A DNA stretch of 63,866 nucleotides, the filler included, from Octopus bimaculoides (taxonomy: Eukaryota): NCBI RefSeq assembly GCF_001194135.2. It is 5 parts of 5 records of this genome, joined end to end, with 100 filler letters (N's around TTAATTAATTAA, not from the genome) between each part and the next. Parts side by side here need not be neighbours in the genome. Positions count along the whole stretch, not along the records: positions 1 to 10,601 come from NC_069006.1; positions 10,702 to 13,378 come from NC_068995.1; 3 more parts are not named here. One strand, 5' to 3'. This document shows, one piece after another, positions 1-11,908 of the stretch (positions are counted from its first letter, which is position 1; every line of letters starts with the position of its first letter). Made by a program: the position numbers and the translations under genes. The notes under the pieces are model-generated. The model did not search any database, had not been told where the DNA came from, and saw only the letters and a list, made by a program, of their open reading frames with translations.

Positions 1-266
1 GTTTTAGTGTATTGTGGGAAGGAATCTAGGTTTGAACATTTCGCAAAACGAAACAAATAAAAAAGGAAAAAAAAAACATAATAATAATAATAATAATAAA
101 TGAATTTCCAAATGTGTTTAATTTTATTGTAAATTTTATAACCTTTCTAAAAACTTTTTTTTTTTCACTAAAATGGATGGAGAGGGGAAATGGGGTTAAT
201 TTAAAATAAGATAACGGTGGGGGAAGTGGAGAGAAGGCTGTCTCAAGAATCAAAGCATGGAAGAGC

Positions 267-307
<41 letters not shown>

Positions 308-559
308 TAGAGAGAGAGAGAGACAAGCATAGGTAACACTATATACAACATGCAAATGAATTTCCAATGATGTTTGAAGAATTCCATTTCAACAACAACA
401 ACAACAGAAGTTATTTAATAAATTAATGAAATAGAGAAATGAATGGTTTTAGTTATTGAGAAATGACTGACAAAGAATTACTGGTACGAGAAGAATTTGT
501 TGATGGATAATATATAATGTCTAATGGTTGGTATAATGGGCTTTGTGGCTGAATATATT

Positions 560-888
560 AGGTGGACTTGCCTCTTGTAGAGGGCAGACAAGGTGTTCAG
601 CAATTTGTTGCTGAACAACCTGTACAGGTGATTTTTTTGTGTCCTTGAGCAAGGCACTTTATTTCACGTTACTTCAGTTCACTCAACTGGCAAAAATGAG
701 TAACACCTGTATTTCAAAGGGCCAGCCCTGTCACACTCTGTGTCATGCTAAGTCACCCTGAGAAGTATGTGAAGGGGTACGCGTGTCTGTGGAGTGCTCA
801 GCCACTTGCACATTAATCTCACAAGCAAGTTGTTCCATTGATCGGATCAACTGGAATGACTCATCGTCATAAGTGATGGAGTGCCAGT
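560..888 (+). mobile_element. SINE (family C), degenerate copy with CORE-like box and a distinct central domain
   Basis: Contains TCCTTGAGCAAGGCACTTTATTTCAC and GGTAC..GTCTGTGGAGTGCTCAGCCACTTGCAC..GATCGGATCAACTGGAA; homologous decayed copies at ~27680-27790 (-), ~49480-49690 and ~55760-55900. Confidence 0.6.
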
Positions 889-1095
889 ATATATCAATAC
901 CTTACTTCTAACCACACCATGGGACCAGCCTTGAGTAATTGCAGCCTAGGTCCTGGTAGCCATTTTGGACATCTTGCATCTCTTCAGTCAGTTAACTGAG
1001 CCCCATAAACTAGGTTTCTGGAAGCCTTTGAAACTTTGTCACATGAGGCTAAATCAAGCTGCTTTGAATAATAATAATAATAATAATAATAACAG

Positions 1096-1132
<37 letters not shown>

Positions 1133-1594
1133 CACACATGTACACAGTTTAATATAAATCACCAAGGAATTCTAATTATCATCAAAAGTTCAATATTTGC
1201 CATTACATAAAACAAAATACTGTCATGCTGTGTGTGTGTGTGTGTGTGTGTGTGTTGTGTGTATCTAGGTGCACACACACACACATACATATGAGAAAAG
1301 CAAATCTCATTTGTGAGAGTGCATGCAACAAAGCTAAAACATTTTGGAATAAAATTAGAAAAAAAAAAAAAATCAGGAAAAATATTTGAAGCGAAAAAAT
1401 AAATAAATAAATAAATAAATAAAAAAATATGTAAAAAGTAAAGGAAAAACAACAACAATAAAAACAACAGATTTAATAAAATATAAACAAATGAAGCAAA
1501 AACAACAGTCTAGTATGGATGAAATAATGAATCAATATAGAAGAGACCCCATTAGGTAACTGGTATGTCATTCACTATTCAGGGATGAGAGGTA

Positions 1595-2231
1595 GTGTTA
1601 GTCATGGCTGGATTAGAATCAAGACAATTAGATAAGTGAAGACAGTTTATTGTTTCTGGCCCTTTTATCTCCGCAAACCAATGACCTGACAGGGCGGAGA
1701 TGTGTATCCGTATATATTAATGAGGGGTGGCCACATCAAATAAACCAGGACTAATACAGTAAAGGACTTTTTTTTCTGGTGCTCAACTGATTCTGTTGAT
1801 CCTTTACCTTTGAGGGGAGGGGTCCCCAAATAATAACAAGACATGCAACAGCAATAACAACAATAACAGAAAAAAAAGTGACAGAAACAAACAAGTAAAT
1901 GTAGTAAATAATTTCAAAGGTGTTAGTCATGGCTGGATTAGAATCAAGACAATTTATCGTTTCAGGCCCTTTTATCTCCGCAAACCAATGACCTGACAGG
2001 ACAGAGATGTGTATCAGTGCATATTAGTGAGGGGTGGCCACATCAAATAAACCAAGACTAATACAGTAAAGGACTTCTTTTTTTTTTTCTGGTGCTCAAC
2101 CAATTCTGTTGATCCTTTACCTTTGAGGGGAGGGGGCCCCAAATAATAACAAGTCATGCAACAGCAATAACAACAATAACAGAAAAAAAAGTGACAGAAA
2201 CAAACAAGTAAATGTAGTAAATAATTTCAAA
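1595..2231. repeat. Local tandem duplication, ~325-bp unit x2
   Basis: 1595-1919 and 1920-2231 are near-identical (GTGTTAGTCATGGCTGG...AAATAATTTCAAA); copy 2 lacks a ~20-bp block. Confidence 0.95.
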
Positions 2232-2413
2232 AGAAAGAGAAAGCTGAAGGTGGGGAGTTGGTGGAGAGGAATGGGGTCAAGTAATTAAAGAGTCAGAGAG
2301 GTATAAAGGGTCAGAATGGAAGAGGTGAGAGACAGGTGTCTATAGGGGGTAGCAGTAGTATTGATGGAGGTGGGGGTGGGGGATCTTTAGGGCCGGTATT
2401 CCAGTCTCTAAGA

Positions 2414-2721
2414 CAGTGGTTCTCAACCATTTTTTTTTTTTTTCATCTATGGACCTCTTTGATTACTATTTTATTCTGGCAGACCTCCCGGCCCCTATTT
2501 TGTTTTTCATGCATTCACTTGCGTAGCTTGAACTCTGTAAGCTGCCAGAGAAAAAAACCTCAGCTCTTTCTTGCAATAAATACATCTAATGCAACATTTT
2601 TTTTATGAACCCTGGAAAATACTATTGTGGATCGCCAATTTACAATTTTGCTTGTGTGGACCCCAAAAATCTACTAATATGAAACCCCAGGGTCCATATG
2701 GACCTTGGTTGAGAGCCACAG
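2414..2721. mobile_element. hAT (Charlie-type) MITE
   Basis: TIRs CAGTGGTTCTCAACC / GGTTGAGAGCCACAG; perfect 8-bp TSD CTCTAAGA at 2406-2413 and 2722-2729. Confidence 0.9.
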
Positions 2722-2889
2722 CTCTAAGAAATTCATTTTGAAATTGTATGGTTCTAGGTCTGACCCTACCATGTGATTGATACCTTGGGCAAGGTTTTCT
2801 ACCATAGCCACCTTTTCTTTCCATAAGAAACAGGAAAGCCAGTGCTCTAGTCTGGCTTGATGTTTCTTGGAATGAAATATGACAATCAG

Positions 2890-3205
2890 GCAATACTACA
2901 TGATCAAGGCAATCATTCCCACTTGAGCTTTAAGGGACAACTTTCTCCTGACCCACTTCTGAATGGGACTGGCCACTCTCACAACCTCTTTCCAGCTCCT
3001 GTCCACCTGGAGGTCCAGACTAAGTCCAATGATAGGATTCATCACTGGCCAACATGGATTTGTTTCTCCAAAGGCCAAGGTACAAAGTTATCCAATGGTC
3101 CCAGGTGATGTCTACTCCTCCATACTCTCTGTGTTCATCATATCTAAAGTGCCCAACACCATGACAGTGATGTTGTCTTCATATACGGACACAGCTCTTC
3201 TGTGA
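2890..3205 (-). mobile_element. Tx1/L1-type LINE reverse transcriptase fragment (degenerate)
   Basis: Minus-strand frames give AVSVYEDNITVMV (decayed SAYADD motif) and GLDLQVDRSWKEVV...KWVRRKLSLKAQV (W..RKLSLKGR-type post-RT motif); frameshifts present. Confidence 0.65.
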
Positions 3206-3446
3206 TGCAGTTCAAGCAAGAGACTACTCCCCACCATCTCTGTAGTTCAACGGCAAAGGATTATTCAAAGCCAAAACCTGCAGGAGAGGGAGACAGCCTT
3301 TGATGCCAACCAGTTTCAAACAAACGACAAAGTTCACCTTGGCATCATTTGAACTCAGAATGCACAGAGTTCGAATAAATACTTTCACGACATTCTTCAA
3401 TCTTATGTTCTAATGACATTCTCAATTTTACAACCACACACACACA

Positions 3447-3478
<32 letters not shown>

Positions 3479-3548
3479 CTTTCTCTCCACATGCACTCTT
3501 CTGCCTTCTCTCTCACCTCACATACATACCATACACTCTCTTTTTTTC

Positions 3549-3581
<33 letters not shown>

Positions 3582-3879
3582 GACATGTTGTAGAAAGGAA
3601 AATGATTTCTGCTAAGTGACTCACTGTTTCTGAGAAATTTGTCATCTGTTGAAGTAGAAAACAAAGAAATATTTCATGGGGAACAAACAGGTATGTTACA
3701 CCCCACCCTTTCACAAATTTAGTAACAATTTTTTTTTAAAAATCCTCTTTCCTTTGTGAAGTATTCCATGTAGTTTTCTTTCATTATTTCATTATTTTCA
3801 TTCCCTATTTTTAAAAATTTTCATTCCTTCAATCTCACCACCCCTCCTCACTGTCATTCACTCATTCTTTTCTTTTCTC

Positions 3880-4017
3880 CTCTTTTACTTGTTTCAGTCA
3901 TTTGACTGTGGCCATGCTGGAGCACCGCCTTTAGTCGAGCAAATCGACCCCAGGACTTATTCTTTGTAAGCCTAGTACTTATTCTATCGGTCTCTTTTGC
4001 TGAACTGCTAAGTTACG
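3880..4017 (-). mobile_element. 3' half of SINE family A
   Basis: Reverse complement matches 10450-10587. Confidence 0.85.
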
Positions 4018-4943
4018 TGCCAATGTTGGAAATTACTTTATTGTTCAGAGTTTCCCTAGCCACCCCCTTGATTCAGGACACAAGAACTTCATTACCGGGT
4101 ACAAAGGAATGTAACCTCCCTGCCACTTCAACTCCATCGTGATCCAAGCTGACCCCTATTCTCTCTCATCTCCAGCACTGACTGGACCCTGTTCAACGTA
4201 ACACTGCAAAGAAATTAGAGAAAGTCTTTTTTGTCTTCATTTTGGAAATTCAATTATTATTATTATTATTATTATTATTATCATCATCTGCACATTGAGG
4301 TTGAAGAAGACTACGTCTTTGAATTCACTTGCACCACATTCCTTGTAATTTCAAGAACCGCTGAAAATTCACTGAAGAAACGGTAAAAACATGAAAAATG
4401 AAAACATGAAAATTGTTGTGAAAAAGAGAAAAAGGAAAATAAAAGAAAAAAAATTTTTTGTTTTGTTCTTTTGTATTTTGTTTAGAATCTAGGTTGTTGT
4501 TGTTGAACCCAAGGTCAGCTGCGAGCCAGCAGACTTTGTGATCAAAAATGTTCCAAGTGTGACCCCCCACCCATGCCCTCCATTGGTCTTTATGTATCTT
4601 GGACTACATCATCCAAAAGCCACACCACCTGTTTGTCTGAATACAATGTTTACGAAACAAGTTTATAATTGTAACAATTTGTTGGATGACAATAAAATGA
4701 AAGAGACAGTATGAACACAAAACTGTGCTGTGACAAGCACAAAACAACATGAAGCCTGTTATGCGAGTGTTTTGTAATCTCATACGGCATAAATTAAATG
4801 GCATTGTAGCAGTTACAATAGCTACATTGTAGCAATTACAACAGCTACAGAAAACTGGGGCTGCTAATTTGCATATTCTGAGTTTTAGCTGGTTATTTTA
4901 AATTAGCAGAGGTTGAGTTGAATGTGTGTTGGGTACTCTAAAC

Positions 4944-5210
4944 CAGGGGTTTTCAAACTGTGGTCCACAGACCACAGGGGGTTCGCAAGGATAAGACAGG
5001 GTGTCTGTAGACAGCAAATACTTTTTTATGGGCAATTTGATTTTATATATGTTTTTTAATCGAAATCTTTTAATTGACAATAAACCTATTTGTTAAATAC
5101 TGTTAAATAAATAAATGTAAAAATATATGTTATTTTAAGCAAATATTTATGTATAAATTTCATAGGCATTTATAAGGGGGTCCGCAAGTCAAAAAGTTTG
5201 AAAACCCCTA
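4944..5210. mobile_element. hAT MITE
   Basis: TIRs CAGGGGTTTTCAAACT / AGTTTGAAAACCCCTA; 8-bp flanks CTCTAAAC and GTTTAAAC (6/8 match). Confidence 0.8.
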
Positions 5211-5947
5211 GTTTAAACAACTGATATCAGCTGTTAAAGTACAAAGTGTGTGGTAATGGCATCGTATTATATTCTGAAGGATTTTGAGGGGATTAAATGT
5301 AAACATTAAGGATTTAATGAACCCTTAATGAAGTAATAACAATGGCTATGACGCTAATTATTCGACTAATTTACTGCCCCTCCCCCACCCTGCTTTAACA
5401 TCTGCCAGGTAAATCCCCCAGCAGGTGCAGAGCAATGATGATAATGGGGGCAGGGGAGAAGGGTTTGAGGGACTGGTGGGGTGGATACGAAACCCTTCAT
5501 TTCCTCCTCCTCCTACTATTCTCACTACTACTGTTGCTACATGGTGACTCTACCATAAAGGAAGCATTGTCCCCCTCCCCTCCTGCTAAGGGAACTGAGG
5601 TAGTGGTGGTGGTGGTGGTAGTGGTAAAGAGATGAAGAAATGGAGAGAGCTGATCCCTCAGTAGCTTTCATAAAACATTTGGTGGTTGTTGCTTAGCCCA
5701 AGGTCAAGCCTAATTCTGCAAACCAATCACAAGCAGTCTAACCAGGACCATCTCATCTTTTCTGACAAACATCATATTATTTAATACATTATTTAACATC
5801 ATCTTAGAACTGTCCCCTCTTAACACAGTAAGGTGTGATTCCAGGGAATTTTGGCTGCTATTTTTAGCAGGTTGCATGACCATGTCAAGGCTTTTTTTAA
5901 TTATAATTTGTTGTTGTTGTTGTTGTTATTAATGGGGTGGGGGTGAA

Positions 5948-6160
5948 GGTGGTGAACTGGCAGAATTATTACATTGAATAAAATGCTTAGCATATTTCTT
6001 CAAACCTCACATTCTGAGTTCAAATTCCACCGAGGTCAACATTGCCTTTCATCCTTTCGGGGGTCAATGAAATAAGCACCAGTCACACACTGGGGTTCAA
6101 TATAATCGACTCACCCCCTCCCCCACCAAATTTCAGGCCTTGTGCCTATCCAAGAAAGGA
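5948..6160 (+). mobile_element. tRNA-derived SINE family B
   Basis: GGTGAACTGGCAGAA head, B-box GAGTTCAAATTCC, TTGCCTTTCATCCTTTCGGGG body and GGCCTTGTGCCT tail shared with 36144-36360. Confidence 0.85.
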
Positions 6161-7369
6161 TTATCATCAAATAGTTTCATTAAACCCAGAAGAAATAAAC
6201 TTCTGACATGGAGACGTCCCAGATATTGTGCTGTAGCTGAGCCACAGAATATGGTGAGTTGGAGGATTTCATCACACTTCAATGTCTCAGTTTTGATAGG
6301 GTTTCTACAGCTGAATGACCTTCCCAACACCGACCACTTTACAGAGGGTAACTGGGTTGTTGTTGTCATGGGACCAGCCGCAAGTGTGAAGTTGGCTTCA
6401 AGCAAGGAACACAGTTTTTGTCTTGTTGGTGGTGGTGTTTAGCCCTGAGTCTGCTCTGGTCAAAGCAGACCTATGATCAAATATTATGTACCACAGTATA
6501 TCGTTTGTGTGTGTGTGCGTGTGCGTGTGTGTGTGTGTGTGTGAGAGAGACAGAGAGAGAGCATGAAAACACAAATTAATAAAAAGAATATTTGATAAAA
6601 CAACAATATTTCACTGTAGAAAGAACATTGGATTCAATAAAAAAAAAAAAATAAATAAATAAATAAATAAATAAAAAAAAAAACAACAAGTTATTCTGGC
6701 ATAAGGAAGAGGATTTCAAATAAACAAAAATATTATAACATAGTTGAAATTCTTTGAGAGTTTATAAACCTAAAATTTAGATTATTTGAAGAGAAAAATG
6801 GCGTAATAATAATAATAATAATNNNNNNNNNNNNNNNNNNNNNNNNNNNNNNNNNNNNNNNNNNNNNNNNNNNNNNNNNNNNNNNNNNNNNNNNNNNNNN
6901 NNNNNNNNNNNNNNNNNNNNNNNNNNNNNNNNNNNNNNNNNNNNNNNNNNNNNNNNNNNNNNNNNNNNNNNNNNNNNNNNNNNNNNNNNNNNNNNNNNNN
7001 NNNNNNNNNNNNNNNNNNNNNNNNNNNNNNNNNNNNNNNNNNNNNNNNNNNNNNNNNNNNNNNNNNNNNNNNNNNNNNNNNNNNNNNNNNNNNNNNNNNN
7101 NNNNNNNNNNNNNNNNNNNNNNNNNNNNNNNNNNNNNNNNNNNNNNNNNNNNNNNNNNNNNNNNNNNNNNNNNNNNNNNNNNNNNNNNNNNNNNNNNNNN
7201 NNNNNNNNNNNNNNNNNNNNNNNNNNNNNNNNNNNNNNNNNNNNNNNNNNNNNNNNNNNNNNNNNNNNNNNNNNNNNNNNNNNNNNNNNNNNNNNNNNNN
7301 NNNNNNNNNNNNNNNNNNNNNNNNNNNNNNNNNNNNNNNNNNNNNNNNNNNNNNNNNNNNNNNNNNNNN

Positions 7370-7622
7370 ATTTGGCAGAGTTTCTACAGCTGGATGCCCT
7401 TCCTAACGCCAACCACTCAGAGAGTGTAGTGGGTGCTTTTACGTGCCACTGGCACGAAGGCCAGTCAGGTGGTACTGGCAACGGCCACGCTCAAAATGGT
7501 GTATTTTATGTGCCACCCGCACAAGAGCCAGTCCAGGGGCACTGGCAACGATCTCGCTCGATAATCCTTACACATGCCATGGGCACAAGTGCCAGAAAGG
7601 CGACGCTGGGCACAGGTGCCAT
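7370..7622 (-). mobile_element. RTE-type LINE/SINE 3' end
   Basis: Plus strand shows GGATGCCCTTCCTAACGCCAACC, the antisense of a typical RTE 3' tail; starts at a gap edge. Confidence 0.55.
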
Positions 7623-8344
7623 CCCGAATTCTTATTTCTTTATTGCCCACAAGGGGCTAAACATAGAGGGGACAAACAAGGACAGACAAAGGGATTAAGT
7701 CGATTACATCGACCCCAGTGCGTAACTGGTACTTAATTTACCGATACATGATATATCAATGAAAAAGATGTCGCCATCCGATATGTATTCACACCACAAT
7801 AACAAAAGAGAGACAAGATATCAATGATGTGTGACACAGAGAAAATCATTGCAACATGTCCAAGATGGAGTCTTTGGTCAGAAAGCGTGGCATTGTCCAG
7901 TTTTTGTTCTATGTTAGTTGATTGATTGATAGAGTGATATTGTGGTGTGTGAGATGTTACCAATGGAATTACTAATTGGTGATTGCTGTTGCATGGTCTG
8001 GACCAAGCAACGGTAAAACTCAGTGTTTGGACTTGGATTAAACAACAGGAAACCATTTGGGTATGTTTAGATTTTTCTTTTTTTTTTTATCTGGACGTGT
8101 AGGGCTTTTAATAAAAGGGGGAAATGGCTTTACCACTGTTTTATAGTAACAACCTCAAGGAAAGTAACAAAACATCAAAAATGCAAAGGAACACAGACGC
8201 AAACACAGAGATACACAAACAGCAAAACACAAAGAAACGTACAGATACACACACAAGTATATACATACACACACTGACATATGTACATAGAAAGGCATAC
8301 ATATACACACACAGACAGGCATACACACATAGAGAAAGGCATAT

Positions 8345-8386
<42 letters not shown>

Positions 8387-8497
8387 TTCCGCTGGTAAAA
8401 ACTGTCTGTAAAAATGAATACTGAAATCATATCTCAAAAACATCTTATTAATTAGTAAAATGTTTCTAATGACAACATTAAAATAATGATTATTGGA

Positions 8498-8610
8498 TTA
8501 GATTGGATTAATTGTTGGCTTTAGTTGGATCTGTTGTTGTGGAAATTCCTGATAATCTCTCTGAGATGCTGCAGCTTTATCTGATGGATTCTTCAACTGA
8601 ATTCCTTCAT
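8498..8610 (-). CDS. Candidate terminal coding exon (D|EGIQLKNPSDKAAASQRDYQEFPQQQIQLKPTINPI*), unidentified host gene
   Basis: Acceptor TATTCCTCTAGAATTCTGTAG; phase 1 is compatible with exon 9564-9657; 36 open codons to TAA in otherwise AT-rich, stop-rich DNA. Confidence 0.45.
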
Positions 8611-9419
8611 CTACAGAATTCTAGAGGAATATTTAAAGAATTTTGTAAAATTGCAATAATAATAAACACTCAATGAATTATTAACAACAATGACAACACA
8701 TTAATAATATTATTATTATTATTATTATTACTATTTGGTAGTTTGAGGTAAATTTCTACTGCATCACCTGCTACATCTCCATCTTGCTGCAGTGTGTGTG
8801 TGCAACATTTGTGCTGTTGGGAGTTTGCAAACACTTCCTGTTTGTTTTTTTGTTTTTTTTTTCTCTTATACATAATGGCATTTCTTTCAGTTTTATGTTC
8901 TGAGTTCAAATTCTGCCAAGGTCAACTTTGTTTTATCGTTTCGGGATTGTAAAAATAAAATACCTGCCAAATACAGGGGTTGATGTCAATGACTAACACC
9001 CACTCCCCTTAAATTTGCTGACCTTGTGCCAAGATTTGAACTTATTATTATTGTTGTTGTTGTTATTATTTCTCACATGAAAACACAAGGTCTCAAATCG
9101 GACGAAGGGAGCAGTCAATAATAAGAGTCCCAAAACTGGCACTTCCACAGAAGAATGTAAAAGAAAGTTGACTTTGACATACATAATAATAATAATAATA
9201 ATGATTTTAAATTTGTGCACAAGGCCAGAAATTTCAAAGGAGGAGATAAGCTGATTACAATGACACCAGTGCATAACTGGTACTTTATTTTATGGACCCT
9301 GAAAGAGATGAAAGCCAAAGTTGACCTTGGAAGAATTTGGGCTCAGAACATAACAATGGACGAAATACCGTTAAGCATTTTGCTTGGCATGCTAATGATT
9401 CAGCCAGCTCAGCACCAAA

Positions 9420-9452
<33 letters not shown>

Positions 9453-9563
9453 TAAATAGCTAAATTCCAGAGAAAAGAAAGAAGATTATTTCAAAGAAGA
9501 TAAATGGTAAGTTGGAATGGAACTGAAACGAAGAGAAATATTTGTGATGTGAATAAAACTTAC

Positions 9564-9657
9564 CTGATTTTGTTGCAGATTTCAAAGGAGCATCAATGGA
9601 CTCATAGAAATCATCATCATCATCGTCGTCGTCGTCCACTCTATTAGTGTGTTTAAC
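9564..9657 (-). CDS. Candidate internal coding exon (VKHTNRVDDDDDDDDDFYESIDAPLKSATKS), unidentified host gene
   Basis: Strong acceptor (CT)n-CCTAATTTCAG and consensus donor CAG|GTAAGT; 94 nt, phase 0 to phase 1, open frame with mixed GAC/GAT Asp codons. Confidence 0.6.
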
Positions 9658-10178
9658 CTGAAATTAGGAGAGAGAGAGAGAGAGTGAGTGAGTGAGTGGA
9701 GGGATGGAATAAAGAGAGAATGGAGGTAAGGTGAGAGATAGAGAGTGAGTGAGAGCTTGGAAGAGAAAGAGTGAGTGAGGCCGAGAGAGATAAGGTGAGT
9801 GAATGAGAGAGGGGGAGAGAGAGAGAGTAAGAGGAAGACGTGAGTGGAGATATAATGGCATAATGGTTGATGTTGTTGTTGGTGGTGGTGTGAGAGAGGA
9901 GATAAGAAAGAGATGTAAAGAACAGAGAGAGGTGAGATGAGCGTAGAGGAAGGGGAGAAGGGGAGTTTGATGAGAAAATGTAAAAGATGAAAGAAAGAGA
10001 GAGATAGAAAGAGAGAAGGGGCAAAGAGAGAGAGAGGGCGGGGGTGATGGGGGATAACAGAGAAAAGTGAATGTAAATACAGAGGATTGTGGGAAGGCGG
10101 AAAAGAGATTAAATACACACACACACAAGGGGGGGGGGAGAGAAAGAGATAAGGAAAAGGATAATGTATATTAAAAAC

Positions 10179-10587
10179 GGAGGCACAGGAGTGGCTGTGT
10201 GGTAAGTAGCTTGCTTACCGACCACATGGTTCCGGGTTCAGTCCCACTGCGTGGCACCTTGGGCAAGTGTCTTCTACTATAGCCACGGGCCGACCAAAAA
10301 AGCCTTGTGAGTGGATTTGGTAGATGGAAACTGAAAGAAGCCTGTCGTATATGTGTGTGTGTATGTGTGTGCGTGTGTGTGTGTGTATGTTTGTGTGTCT
10401 GTGTTTGTCCCCCCCAGCATTGTTGGACAACCGATGCTGGTGTGTTTACGTCCCCCATAACTTAGCGGTTCAGCAAAAGAGAACGATAGAATAGGTACTA
10501 GGCTGACAAAGAATAAGCTCGATTTGCTCGACTATAAAGGCGGTGCTCCAGCATGGCTGCAGTCAAATGACTGAAACGAGTAAAAGA
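10179..10587 (+). mobile_element. tRNA-derived CORE-like SINE family A, near full length
   Basis: A-box TGGCTGTGTGG, B-box GGTTCAGTCCC, CORE-like CACCTTGGGCAAGTG, internal (GT)n, tail CAGTCAAATGACTGAAAC; several homologues in the window. Confidence 0.9.
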
Positions 10588-10719
10588 GAAAAGAGAGAGA
10601 GNNNNNNNNNNNNNNNNNNNNNNNNNNNNNNNNNNNNNNNNNNNNTTAATTAATTAANNNNNNNNNNNNNNNNNNNNNNNNNNNNNNNNNNNNNNNNNNN
10701 NATATATACATATGTATAT

Positions 10720-11908
10720 ATATTGCTGTATTTGGGGCTGGTCATGTTGCCAGTTTAGCACGGAAGATCTCCTCAACACCATTGAAAGGACTATGAAGAA
10801 AATAGGGGAGGCCAACTCATGGTATGATAGCCATAAATACCAGAGTGTCATGTTCGTCAACACCACCCCTAGAGGCGAACTGGCGTACCGCTTTAGAAGG
10901 ACCCTAGACAAACTTTAGCTAAGAATTAAGGTTGTTGAAAGGCCAGGCAACCCTATCAAATCCCTAATCGGTAGAACCTACTCTTTTAGTAGAACCCCCT
11001 GCACTGATAGGAACTGTGCTGTATGTAGATTTAGCACACAAACAAACTGTAAAGCCAAAAATGTAATCTATAGTATAAAATGTACAGAGGGGCGGTGCAG
11101 TAACAAGACAACGACGTACATAGCGGAAAATGCATGGAGCATAGGAGAGCGGGTAAATGAGCATTGGCGGGAACTTAAAGAAGAGAAGAGCTCATCGGTT
11201 CTGTACAGCACGCCGAGTGTACATGGGGGCCCACTCAACAACATAGAAGTTAAAATCTTGTCCTCACATAGAACAGACGCAACGCTTAGACAAATCACAG
11301 AAGCTACACACATAATAGAAGATAAACCTAGCCTGAATAGGAAACTGGAATGGAACACTAGCATGCATCCCCAACACACCACAACATATGACAGAATAAG
11401 ATCCCCATAAACTGATAATAATATGAACAAAATATAATACAATACACATAAACAAATGGAATTAAATAACTATATACGTTAACAAAATTAAATTACATTA
11501 AATGCAAAAAATTGAAAGAATAGAAAAAATAAGTAGGTATAAACACATGAACAAAATAAATAAAAACAAATTAAACGAACGTGTATAAACAGGGGATACA
11601 GATAATACAGGCACTCCCCTCACACACGCACTTACTAAGCATAGACACACATAGGGGTATACGCATGCGCAAATAAAGACACATACAATAGGAATACAAA
11701 CTGCAAAATGGTTGATCGTTAGTAAGGAAAGACACACAAATAAGAAAAAAGAAAGCAAAGGACCACTGTTGAGGTCACAGGAGTGTGACGAAATACGAAC
11801 AATGTAAGAAAAATAAAATAAAGCTGAAGCAAATTAACACCAAATATATAGTGCGTGTGTTTTTATTGGCTAAACTGGCAACATGACCATCCCCAAATAC
11901 AACAATAT
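10720..11908 (+). mobile_element. 5'-truncated Penelope-like element: GIY-YIG endonuclease region, 3' pseudo-LTR and inverted terminal segment
   Basis: Frame from ~10760 to TAA at 11410 with one in-frame TAG (10916-10918): CTDRNCAVC Cys motif, CKAKNVIYSIKC, TYIAENAWSIGERVNEH, LRQITEA..I....P.LNRK.EW. Ends 10720-10759 and 11869-11908 are a 38/40 inverted repeat. Confidence 0.85.

Noticed and set aside
5470-5590. Minus-strand frame VPLAGGEGDNASFMVESPCSNSSSENSRRRRK* as an alternative terminal exon
   Set aside because: Low-complexity context and ambiguous acceptor; no recognisable homology.
7980-8035. VIAVAWSGPSNGKT resembling a Walker A motif of a viral helicase
   Set aside because: One residue short of GxxxxGKT, bounded by stops, and no Walker B or other motif nearby.
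9471-9606. Plus-strand splice pattern (exon 9471-9506, 72-nt intron, exon from 9579; EKRKKIISKKIN|DFKGASMDS*) overlapping the minus-strand exon
   Set aside because: Weak first acceptor and very short frame; the minus-strand reading has better signals and a compatible partner exon. Stranded RNA-seq would settle it.
10602-10701. TTAATTAATTAA embedded in N runs (10646-10657; also 13423-13434, 35061-35072, 61548-61559)
   Set aside because: The same 12-mer with stops in all six frames, centred in ~100-bp gaps, is an artificial scaffold spacer, not biology.
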